DNA of 64,000 nucleotides, taken from a bacterium (GTDB lineage: Bacteria > UBA8248). A program made the position numbers and the translations under genes. The stretch is from assembly GCA_965261085.1 (NCBI GenBank), contig OZ253442.1:2144001-2208000 (forward strand), given 5' to 3'. The notes under the pieces are model-generated. The model was given only the letters and a program-made list of their open reading frames with translations, was not told the origin of the DNA and did not search any database. How positions within the stretch are numbered: the first letter of the stretch is position 1; every line of letters begins with the position of its first letter. This document shows, in pieces, positions 9,199-17,613 of the stretch.

Positions 9199-10617
9199 TC
9201 ATGCTTCTATCAATACCGAAGCCCCGTCGGCCTGCTGGGACATCCGGCCCAGAAACAGACTCCCTTTCGCCACCACCATTGTACTCTGAAGGTGGCCCGC
9301 CCGCATCCTCTTAAGAGCGTGGCCGAGAAAGGGAACGCCTGCGGGAATGTGCCCCTGCGTAGGCGCGAATCCGGGCATCCCGTGCGCCTCGATAAAATCC
9401 GGAATCTCCTCGCGGGCTATTTCCCCGCCCATGACCGCCATGGCGGCCAGCATTCTGTAATTCGTGGCCGCAACGTCTCCCGCCCCCGCAGGCAGCATGA
9501 CCTCGGGGTTATGCAGTTCGACGGCATACTTATCGACGCTTCTCAGCTTGCGCCCGGCCCGGGCCAGCGGGTCCCGCACCAGAGCCTCGGCCAACCCCTG
9601 GGGGGTGGAGGGCCTTCCCGCCGCGTGGCGACCCGCGATTTCAAGATTCACCCGGGGGCCGTCTTCCGAATTTTTAGTGAGAAAGAACGCCACCCCGCCC
9701 AATACGTCTTCGAGAACGGGCATCTCTTTTCCCAGATGGTAGTACGCCTTCATCCCGAGCTTCGCCATCGAACCGCCTCCTACGACGACGGCGTTTCCCA
9801 CGACACCCGCCTGAATGAGGGCCGCCGCGTGTATGAGCGCGTACACCGGCGCCGCGCAGAAAGACTTCACATCGACGCCGGCCGCATTCACGCAACCCGC
9901 CATCTCGGCGATTGCCTTGGCGAGATTGCCTCCGCCGCGATTGTAGCGATCTCCGACCGCCTCCTCGGAGCAACTGATGACGTACTCTATTACGTCCGGA
10001 GCGATGCTCTCCTGCACCAGAAGCCGGCTGAGAGCGTATGCGCCGCTGGCCTTGGCCGCCAAGTTTTCCAGAAGAATACGGGCATTGAGCGATTCGTCGG
10101 AATCATGATCGCGGCGAATGCACCCGATGAGTCCTTTATTCTGAAAAAGCGGCAGGGCCTCTCCTCGCTCGATGCGCCGGAAAATGTCTTCCTGGGGATA
10201 TTCCTTTGGGGGTTTTTCTGTTTTGAGAAGAGCGGAGGTGGATTCCGAACCTATGACGCCCGAAACATGACGCTCCTTGTTGCGCATGATCAATCCAAAC
10301 TGATCGGCCGCTTCGAGAAGGGAGTAGAAAGAATTCTGCGGGAGGATTTCCCCGAAAACGCCCTCAGGCGAAGCGCCTGCGAGGGAATTTTCGTACCACG
10401 GAGAAGGAATTTCATTCAACTTCTCGGGCGCGAGATTGCCGATGAAAACCTGGTTCGGCGCATAGCCGACCACTTCGTCAAAAGACCGCAGATTTGTGAA
10501 TACGTCGCCAGGCGCCTGATTGTTCCGGATAGCCTCGCGCCAGGGTTTCGAGCCGTAGCGAACCAGATCGGGAACATGAACGAGAACGTTCGCCGCCGCA
10601 CGTAAATACGCAGTCAT
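9199..10617 (-). CDS. grdC: Glycine reductase component C large subunit (FabH/thiolase-like)
   Basis: LVHVPD, LRSFDEVVGYAPNQVFIGN, CSEEAVGDRYNRGGGNLAKAIAE, FCAAP, ELHNPE, GFAPTQGHIP and KGSLFLGRM. Confidence 0.9.
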   Translation of the reverse strand: MTAYLRAAANVLVHVPDLVRYGSKPWREAIRNNQAPGDVFTNLRSFDEVVGYAPNQVFIGNLAPEKLNEIPSPWYENSLAGASPEGVFGEILPQNSFYSLLEAADQFGLIMRNKERHVSGVIGSESTSALLKTEKPPKEYPQEDIFRRIERGEALPLFQNKGLIGCIRRDHDSDESLNARILLENLAAKASGAYALSRLLVQESIAPDVIEYVISCSEEAVGDRYNRGGGNLAKAIAEMAGCVNAAGVDVKSFCAAPVYALIHAAALIQAGVVGNAVVVGGGSMAKLGMKAYYHLGKEMPVLEDVLGGVAFFLTKNSEDGPRVNLEIAGRHAAGRPSTPQGLAEALVRDPLARAGRKLRSVDKYAVELHNPEVMLPAGAGDVAATNYRMLAAMAVMGGEIAREEIPDFIEAHGMPGFAPTQGHIPAGVPFLGHALKRMRAGHLQSTMVVAKGSLFLGRMSQQADGASVLIEA

Positions 10618-10845
10618 ATCACCCGCCAAAAAAGGAGGAAGGAAAGATTACACGAGCATTCGTACCGGAAATTACATGCCACATCATCTCACCCGGCAAA
10701 AACCATTCACCACGCGTTTTTTCAGCACCCGCCCTGTTCTTCAATAAACACATCCAGGCCAGGGCTTCATCATAAAGAAACGGGAATGATATGCGAAACG
10801 AACAAACTCTTTGCACTTCGATCTTTCATTTCGTTGAGCAGGTTA

Positions 10846-11107
10846 CCGGCTCGCCCCGAGCTTCGCTCAGTCGGGATTGACCCGGCATTTCCCCGCATTT
10901 GCGCTTCTCGCGCGTGGCGGGGGTTTCGCTATGGTGGCGAAGCGAGCCGGCCCCTTCACGAAGACGGGGCGGGCGAATCTCTCGCAGCCCTCTCATGAGG
11001 AAGACTCGATGACAAGGCGTACTTCAAGCTATCCTTTCATGCGGACCCAGGCGGCGAGCCTCACGGGCTCCCTCATGGGGACGGGGCGGAGCGATGGAAC
11101 GGCCCCG
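10846..11107. ncRNA. Candidate structured non-coding RNA or leader upstream of the grd cluster (family unidentified)
   Basis: Closing stems CCGGCTCGC/GCGAGCCGG (10846-10854/10942-10950) and CATGAGGAAG/CTCCCTCATG (10994-11003/11068-11077), each enclosing several sub-hairpins; no credible ORF here. Confidence 0.45.
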
Positions 11108-11144
11108 AGGGGGAGGAGAGGTGAGGATTCGGAATTCCTGAAAA

Positions 11145-11192
11145 ATACGATAAAATTAGATAAATTCACGGGGTTTTTCGATAAATTTCTGA
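11145..11192 (-). promoter_or_regulatory. 48-bp motif with phased TTTATC boxes, copy 1
   Basis: Its reverse complement matches 23723-23770 at 43 of 48 positions. Confidence 0.6.
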
Positions 11193-11373
11193 AAATAAAT
11201 CGCCCGGAAGAAGCCTTGCAAGGTGTTGAAATACAATGATATTCAATCAAAATATGAGTGTATGCCGCTCAAATAAAAGACCGAAAAAAATTTAGCGTTC
11301 CGCATTTGCCCGCAAATCCGATGAGATGGGCGCAGTTCCCGGTATTATCCCGCAAATCCTCACCCCCCCCATG

Positions 11374-11401
11374 TTGACATTTGGGCGCAGTGGCGTAATC
11401 T
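11374..11401 (+). promoter_or_regulatory. Putative sigma70 promoter of tal
   Basis: TTGACA-N16-TAATCT about 60 nt upstream of the ATG. Confidence 0.35.
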
Positions 11402-11459
11402 TCATAACAGCGGGGCATGACCCCGTGGGGGGGAATGAACACGTCCAGCGGGAGAGAAC

Positions 11460-12110
11460 ATGAAGATATTCATTGATACGGCGAACGTGGAAGAAATCAT
11501 CGAAGCGGCGTCCACCGGCATTCTGGACGGCGTGACGACGAATCCCTCGCTCATAGCGAAAGAGGGAGCGGACCACCACACGAGAATCAAGGAGATATGC
11601 GAGGTGGTCGACGGGCCGGTGAGTGCGGAGGTCATCGCCACGGAGGCGAACGAGATGGTCGAGGAGGGCCGTGAACTGGCCGCTATCCACGAGAACGTCG
11701 TCGTGAAGGTTCCGGTGGGCGTCGAGGGCCTGCGCGCCGTCAAGGCCATGCGCGAGGAGAACATCAACACGAACGTCACCCTCATCTTCAGCCCCGTCCA
11801 GGCCATGCTGGCCGCCAAGGCGGGAGCCTCGTTCGTGAGCCCCTTCGTGGGCCGGCTGGACGACATCTCGAGCCCGGGCATGGAGATGGTGGCCGACATC
11901 GTGCAGATCTTCGAGAACTATGATTACGCCACCGAGGTATTGGTGGCGAGCGTGCGAACGCCTATCCATTTGCTCGAAGCCGCGAAAATGGGAGCGGACG
12001 TAGCAACGGTGCCTTTTCAGGTGATTGCGCAGCTGCTCAAGCATCCATTGACCGATATCGGGTTGGAGAAATTTTTGGCGGATTGGCGCCGCGCCAATGA
12101 AATGCGCTGA
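11460..12110 (+). CDS. tal: Transaldolase / fructose-6-phosphate aldolase (TalC/Fsa)
   Basis: [30 protein letters not shown] and SPFVGRLDD. Confidence 0.93.
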   Translation: MKIFIDTANVEEIIEAASTGILDGVTTNPSLIAKEGADHHTRIKEICEVVDGPVSAEVIATEANEMVEEGRELAAIHENVVVKVPVGVEGLRAVKAMREENINTNVTLIFSPVQAMLAAKAGASFVSPFVGRLDDISSPGMEMVADIVQIFENYDYATEVLVASVRTPIHLLEAAKMGADVATVPFQVIAQLLKHPLTDIGLEKFLADWRRANEMR

Positions 12111-12133
12111 TCCTCCGGGAGGGTAGAACGATT

Positions 12134-12367
12134 ATGCCGATGTATGAATTTCTTTGCGGAAACTGTGAAAAAGATTTCGAGACCATCGTTTCATCCGCGC
12201 AAGCCGTCGATCTGGTGGAATGCCCTGAATGCGGCTCACGGAAAGTGCGCAAAAAACTTTCCTTGTTCGCCAAATCCACTTCCGGCGCTGCGGCGTCGAC
12301 GTCGGCTTTTGGCGGTGGATACGCAGCCGGCGGGGGTGGTTGTGGAGGTATGTGTTCGTGCCACTAA
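12134..12367 (+). CDS. FmdB-family zinc-ribbon protein
   Basis: MPMYEFLCGNC...CPECGS...S pattern with a Gly/Cys-rich tail. Confidence 0.85.
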   Translation: MPMYEFLCGNCEKDFETIVSSAQAVDLVECPECGSRKVRKKLSLFAKSTSGAAASTSAFGGGYAAGGGGCGGMCSCH

Positions 12368-12446
12368 CCCCTCGGGGTTGCGTTTAGATTCTCTCGCCAA
12401 GCTGCCTGCGCTCTATCCTTTGGAAAATTTTTGAGAGGGGGACAAT

Positions 12447-13697
12447 ATGCCGCAACACGAGCGAGTCAGTGTATTCGAAACCGCCGGCGCACAGTTCGAC
12501 CGAGCGGCGGACCTCATCGATTTAGATGATGAAATGCGGTTTCTCCTCAAGACCCCTTTCCGGGAAATGAAAGTCGAAATTCCCATCCGCAGAGACGATG
12601 GCTCCCTGGGCGTTTGGCAAGGCTACCGCATTCAGTTCAATGGCTCCCGAGGCCCTTTCAAGGGTGGAATCCGCTACCACCACGAAGTGGATATGGACGA
12701 GGTGCGCGGACTCTCGGCTCTCATGGCCTGGAAGACGGCTTTGGTCGATATTCCCTTTGGTGGCGGAAAAGGCGGCATCAGCGTCAACGTGAAAGAACTC
12801 AGCGTTTATGAGTTGGAGCGGCTGACCAGAAAATTCATCGCGCGTATCGACCACATTCTGGGACCATACCGCGATATTCCCGCCCCTGACGTGAACACGA
12901 ACGCGCAGGTGATGGCGTGGATTTTTGATGAATACAGCAGCCGGCACGGGTATGCGCCGGGTTGTGTTACCGGGAAACCCCTGGCCATAGGCGGCTCCCC
13001 GGGGAGGGAGGCCGCTACGGGGCGCGGCGCCGTGATGGTGTATCAGGAGATAGCCAAAAGGGAAGGCTGGGACCCCGCATCCATGACGGCGGCGATACAG
13101 GGTTTCGGGAATGTCGGCTCTTTCGCCGCCAGGTTCATGGGTGAACTGGGAGTGAAGGTGGTGGCGATTTCGGGCAGCAGGGGCGCCTATTTCAATGGCG
13201 ACGGCATCGACGTCGAAGCAGCGGCGGCGCACCGGAAAGAGACGGGTGGGCTGGAAGGTCTCGGCGGAGTCGAGGCGATCACCAATGAAGAGCTTTTGGC
13301 GCTAGATGTGGACGTCTTGATTCCGGCGGCTCTGGGCGGCGCCATTCATGCCGGTAATGCGGCGAACGTAAAAGCCCGGATTATTCTGGAAGTGGCCAAT
13401 GCTCCGGTAACCGAAGGGGGCGAAAACATTCTGGCCGATGGCGGTGACGTCATGCTGATCCCCGACGTATTGGCGAGTTCGGGCGGCGTGACGGTCTCGT
13501 ATTTCGAGTGGGTGCAGAACATCCAGCAATTCGGCTGGGATGAAGAGCGGGTGAACCGCGAGTTGGGCAGAATCATGGCGCGCGCCACTACGGAGGTGTA
13601 TGAACTGGCAAGGGCGAAAAACGTGTCTTTGCGCACGGCGGCCTTTATCATTGCGGTTCAAAGAGTGGCGGAGGCGGAGCGCCTTCGCGGTTTGTAG
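12447..13697 (+). CDS. gdhA: Glutamate dehydrogenase (Glu/Leu/Phe/Val family)
   Basis: GPFKGGIRYH, GGGKGG, DIPAPDVNT, GREAATGRG, QGFGNVG and GGVTVSYFEW. Confidence 0.95.
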   Translation: MPQHERVSVFETAGAQFDRAADLIDLDDEMRFLLKTPFREMKVEIPIRRDDGSLGVWQGYRIQFNGSRGPFKGGIRYHHEVDMDEVRGLSALMAWKTALVDIPFGGGKGGISVNVKELSVYELERLTRKFIARIDHILGPYRDIPAPDVNTNAQVMAWIFDEYSSRHGYAPGCVTGKPLAIGGSPGREAATGRGAVMVYQEIAKREGWDPASMTAAIQGFGNVGSFAARFMGELGVKVVAISGSRGAYFNGDGIDVEAAAAHRKETGGLEGLGGVEAITNEELLALDVDVLIPAALGGAIHAGNAANVKARIILEVANAPVTEGGENILADGGDVMLIPDVLASSGGVTVSYFEWVQNIQQFGWDEERVNRELGRIMARATTEVYELARAKNVSLRTAAFIIAVQRVAEAERLRGL

Positions 13698-13708
13698 GCC
13701 CAGTCATA

Positions 13709-14638
13709 TTGGTGGAGTTTTCGTTGTCTGGATTCGTGATAGACGCTCAAGGCATCGAAAAATCCTTCGGAACCCTCAAAGCCGTCGATGGCGTCTCGCT
13801 TCAGGTGAAGCCCGGGGAGTGTTTCGGGATTCTGGGCCCGAACGGAGCTGGCAAAACCACGACAATCAAGATGCTGCATGGAGCCGTTCATCCTGATGCG
13901 GGCAGCCTGAGGGTGCTGGGGAGAGACGTAATAACCCAGAGCCGGCTCATTCGCGTGCAGATGGGCATCGTATCGCAAGAAGATACCCTGGACCGCGATC
14001 TGACGGTATATGAAAATCTTTGGGTCTATGCCGGGTTTTTCAGCATCTCCAGGAAGGCGTCATTATCCCGCATCGAGCATCTGCTCGATTTCATGCAGCT
14101 TCGCGAAAAATGGAATTCACAGATCAAGACCCTGTCCGGCGGAATGAAGCGGCGCCTCCACATCGCGCGAGCCCTGATCCATGAGCCGAAATTCCTGATT
14201 CTGGATGAACCCACCACCGGCCTGGATCCGCAGGCGAGGCATCTTGTCTGGCAGAGGCTCCGGGAACTCAAGGCGCAGGGCCTGACCATTCTTCTCACTA
14301 CGCATTACATGGAGGAGGCGGCCCAGATGTGCGATCGCATCGGCATCATGGATACGGGAAAATTTCTGATTGAAGGTGAGCCACAATCCCTGGTGCAGGA
14401 AAAAGTGGGTGATGAGGTATACGAGCTCAAGGGCGGTGCTTCAGAAGAATTGCTCCATTCATTACAAAATCTCCCTGTAACCACCGAAGTCGTTGCCGAT
14501 ATATTGTACCTGTACAGCCACAACGGGATGCGGGTGATGGAGCATTTGATTTCTCACGGGAGGAAGGATTTTCTGAGGCGGCCGGCCACCCTGGAGGATT
14601 TATTTTTAAGGCTCACGGGCCGGGAGCTTAGAGATTGA
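13709..14638 (+). CDS. ABC-2 exporter ATP-binding protein (NodI-like)
   Basis: Walker A GPNGAGKTT, signature LSGGMKRR, LDEPTTGLD and TTHYMEEA. Confidence 0.9.
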   Translation: MVEFSLSGFVIDAQGIEKSFGTLKAVDGVSLQVKPGECFGILGPNGAGKTTTIKMLHGAVHPDAGSLRVLGRDVITQSRLIRVQMGIVSQEDTLDRDLTVYENLWVYAGFFSISRKASLSRIEHLLDFMQLREKWNSQIKTLSGGMKRRLHIARALIHEPKFLILDEPTTGLDPQARHLVWQRLRELKAQGLTILLTTHYMEEAAQMCDRIGIMDTGKFLIEGEPQSLVQEKVGDEVYELKGGASEELLHSLQNLPVTTEVVADILYLYSHNGMRVMEHLISHGRKDFLRRPATLEDLFLRLTGRELRD

Positions 14639-15411
14639 TGTTCCTCCCCCAGGCTCCGAGTCATCGCGCCTTTCGTGTCTGGGTTCGTCATCTGGTGTAC
14701 TACCGCTCTTTTTACCTGGCGGAATGGGCGGGCAACCTGGGTGAGCACATTTTGTGGCTGGTGGCGTTTGGTTACGGCCTGGGCCGGTTGGTGCCGAGTC
14801 TGGACGGTATCTCGTACGCGCAGTTCATCGGCCCTGGTCTGATGGTTTCCGTCGCGATGTGGAACGCCACATATGAGTCCACATACGGGGCTTATTCAAG
14901 AATGCGAATTCAGAATATCTATGAGTCCATGCTGATGGCCCCGCTCACGGTGGGAGACATCGTGCTGGGCGATCTTCTCTGGTGCGCCAGTCGTGCGTTG
15001 ATTGGCTCGACGTTGATGCTGATCGTTTTGAGTTTGTTCGGTTTGGTCGGCTCATGGTGGGCGGTGGCGATTCTTCCGGTTCTGTTTATCGAGGCGGTGA
15101 TGTTCGCGGCCCTGGGGCTCATTGCGACATCATTGGCCCCCAGCTTCTCGTTTTTCAATTTTTATTTCTCCGCCATCGTCATGCCCATGTTTTTCTTTGC
15201 AGGCACCTTGTTTCCCATCAAAGGGCTTCCGGTGTGGGTGGAACGGTTATCGGACGCTCTCCCGCTTACCCATGCGGTGAGAATCTCACGCGGCTTGTTT
15301 ATTTATGGACATGTCGAGAATTTCATCTGGCATTTTTCTTTTCTGCTTGGCTTTACGCTTTTATTTTTGGTCGTCGCTTGTATTTTAGTGAGCAGGAGGA
15401 TGGTGGAATAA
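14635..15411 (+). CDS. ABC-2 exporter permease (NodJ-like)
   Basis: About six TM segments, Y..FIGPGL, PMFFFAGTLFP and PLTHAV; overlaps the ATPase stop. Confidence 0.88.
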   Translation: MMFLPQAPSHRAFRVWVRHLVYYRSFYLAEWAGNLGEHILWLVAFGYGLGRLVPSLDGISYAQFIGPGLMVSVAMWNATYESTYGAYSRMRIQNIYESMLMAPLTVGDIVLGDLLWCASRALIGSTLMLIVLSLFGLVGSWWAVAILPVLFIEAVMFAALGLIATSLAPSFSFFNFYFSAIVMPMFFFAGTLFPIKGLPVWVERLSDALPLTHAVRISRGLFIYGHVENFIWHFSFLLGFTLLFLVVACILVSRRMVE

Positions 15412-15412
15412 C

Positions 15413-16348
15413 ATGGGGTCCATAACCAAAATCCTGCATCCCCCAGAACCTTTCTTGTTTCATGAGAGTTTGTTGCGTTTTCGCGTCTCCAATGAGGAGT
15501 TCATCAACTCCTACGAGGGCGGGGTGTACCGCAGGGTCGTGGAGGATGCCGATGGCAATCTGGTTTTCCTGGAAGCTGAAGTCGAAGGTGAGGGCAGGGG
15601 CGCGGTTCGCCTCCGGATAGCCACCGAAGGACGGATGACGAAATCGGCCCAGAGCAGGGGCCTGGACGCCATCGAACACGTTTTGGCTTTTGACCTTGAT
15701 TTGAAGCCATTTTACAGGATGGCGAGGGGCGACGCGGATCTGGCTCCTATGGTGAAAAAATTCAGAGGCCTCAAGCCGGTACGGTATTTGAGCGTATTCG
15801 AGGCTCTTGTTACGGCCATTACGGCGCAACAGGTGAATTTGACGTTCGCCGGCGCCATACGGCGGCGGATGGTGAAGCGATGGGGAAGAAAATTGCGCAT
15901 CGACGGGCAGACGCATTACGCTTTCCCGCACCCGGAGCGTTTGGCCCGGGCGCGCGTATCCACCTTGCGGGGGATGCAATTCTCGGAACGAAAAGCGGAA
16001 TATGTGATTGGTGTGGCGCGCGCCGCTATGGAGGGTCGATTGAATGAGAGCGAACTACGGGTTCTCCCCATCGATGAGGCGGTGGCTCGCCTGACCGAGA
16101 TACGGGGCGTGGGTCGCTGGACGGCCGAGCAAATGCTTTTTCGGGCGCTCGGCCGCGTGGAAGTGTTTCCCGGCGGTGATTTGGGAGTGCAAAAGGTCGT
16201 GGCGCGTTATTGTTTCGGGAAAGAGCGTGTGGATGAGGAGACTGCGCGCAAACGAGCAGACGGGTGGCATCCGTGGGCCTCTCTGGCGACGACCTACTTG
16301 TTCGCCGCATGGCGCGCGGGCGTCGCGTCCGCTCATGAGACAGCATGA
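15413..16348 (+). CDS. alkA: DNA-3-methyladenine glycosylase II (AlkA, HhH-GPD)
   Basis: FEAL..AI.AQQV, FP.PE.L, HhH motif LTEIRGVGRWTA, FPGGDLGV and W.PW.S.A. Confidence 0.9.
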   Translation: MGSITKILHPPEPFLFHESLLRFRVSNEEFINSYEGGVYRRVVEDADGNLVFLEAEVEGEGRGAVRLRIATEGRMTKSAQSRGLDAIEHVLAFDLDLKPFYRMARGDADLAPMVKKFRGLKPVRYLSVFEALVTAITAQQVNLTFAGAIRRRMVKRWGRKLRIDGQTHYAFPHPERLARARVSTLRGMQFSERKAEYVIGVARAAMEGRLNESELRVLPIDEAVARLTEIRGVGRWTAEQMLFRALGRVEVFPGGDLGVQKVVARYCFGKERVDEETARKRADGWHPWASLATTYLFAAWRAGVASAHETA

Positions 16349-16370
16349 TTCTTGAGAGTCAAGTGAATAT

Positions 16371-17513
16371 ATGAACAACACCCGGGTTTCCATCGAGGAG
16401 CGGGAAAAGAATCTGCTGGCGCCTTTTGCCGCCCATAGCGCCGATAGTCTCGGGCGGAAGCATCCGGAGCCCGAGCACGACATGCGGACGGCTTTTCAGC
16501 GCGATCGCGACCGGATCATCCATACGCAAGCGTTCAGGAGGCTTGAATACAAGACCCAGGTTTTTGTGAATCATGAGGGGGATCATTACCGGACGCGTTT
16601 GACGCACACGATAGAGGTGAGCCAGATCGCCCGTTCCATCGCGCGCGCTCTCGGCCTGAATGAAGAACTCGCCGAGGCCGTTGCCCTGGCGCACGATTTG
16701 GGACACCCCCCTTTCGGTCATGCCGGAGAGATGGTTCTGGATGAACTCATGGAAGGCCATGGGGGGTTCGAGCACAATTTGCAAGCCTTGCGAATCGTCG
16801 AGGTTTTAGAGAAGCGCTACCCCTCGTTCCCGGGCTTGAACCTGACGTGGGAGACACGCGAGGGAATCATAAAATATCTTCATCGCTACGAAGGCCCGAT
16901 GCCTCCGGGTCTGACGAATAGAATCTCTCCCAGCCTCGAAGCGCAGGTGGTCGATGTGGCGGATGAGATCGCATACAACAACCATGATTTGGACGACGGG
17001 CTGTCATCTCGGTTATTTGGTCTCGAAGATTTGCAGGATACGCGCCTTTGGCGTGAACATTATGAAAGCTCAAAAGAATCTTTTCCCAACTCTTCCAGGC
17101 GAGAGAGTAAGCACGACACCATTCGCCGAATTATAAACTCACAGGTTCAAGATATTATCACATCCACATGCGAGCGTATTAAGACTCGGAAGCTTCGAGA
17201 TATTTCGGATGTCAGAGAGAATGGACACGATGTGGTTGTTTTTGCTGAAGAGATGAATGAGAAAAACATCGAATTAAAACGTTTCTTGATGGCGCGGATG
17301 TATAAGAACCAGCGTGTCATGAAATTAGAAAAAAGCGCTCGAAAAATATTAAGTGGGTTGTTTCATTTGTATATCGACGATTCTCATAAAATTCCAGAAC
17401 ATGTTCGCAAACTCGAGGATATGGATGGGCGACATCGAATGGTTTGTGATTATGTCGCCGGGATGACGGACCGCTACGCTTTGCAGCAATATGAGCGATG
17501 GTTGGAAGTATGA
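16371..17513 (+). CDS. dgt: dGTP triphosphohydrolase (HD domain)
   Basis: RTAFQRDRDRIIH..AFRRL..KTQV, RLTHT.EV, HDLGHPPFGH and DY.AGMTD. Confidence 0.95.
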   Translation: MNNTRVSIEEREKNLLAPFAAHSADSLGRKHPEPEHDMRTAFQRDRDRIIHTQAFRRLEYKTQVFVNHEGDHYRTRLTHTIEVSQIARSIARALGLNEELAEAVALAHDLGHPPFGHAGEMVLDELMEGHGGFEHNLQALRIVEVLEKRYPSFPGLNLTWETREGIIKYLHRYEGPMPPGLTNRISPSLEAQVVDVADEIAYNNHDLDDGLSSRLFGLEDLQDTRLWREHYESSKESFPNSSRRESKHDTIRRIINSQVQDIITSTCERIKTRKLRDISDVRENGHDVVVFAEEMNEKNIELKRFLMARMYKNQRVMKLEKSARKILSGLFHLYIDDSHKIPEHVRKLEDMDGRHRMVCDYVAGMTDRYALQQYERWLEV

Positions 17514-17613
17514 TGTTTAAGTTCTTCTTCTAGTTCGGGAAAGAGAGAACAGAAGAAAAAATCTTGGGGTGATGGTAATTTTGAGCCGTCTCTTTAAGGC
17601 TGTTGAGAAGATC

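Noticed and set aside
8978-9202. 74-aa ORF (MIRSFFCSK...) as a gene
   Set aside because: It is the wrong frame over the true grdA 5' part.
3558-10605. Long plus-strand ORFs 3558..5090, 7313..8287 and 8839..10605
   Set aside because: Antisense shadows of well-supported minus-strand genes, expected in high-GC3 DNA; no recognisable motifs.
10668-10682. Possible sigma54 promoter TGGCATGTAATTTCC (minus strand) before grdC
   Set aside because: The -12 element reads TTTC rather than TTGC, and no activator gene is nearby; too weak to call.
10630-11110. Glycine riboswitch upstream of the grd cluster
   Set aside because: The conserved GGAGA...CCGAAG...CUCUCAGG elements are not present on either strand.
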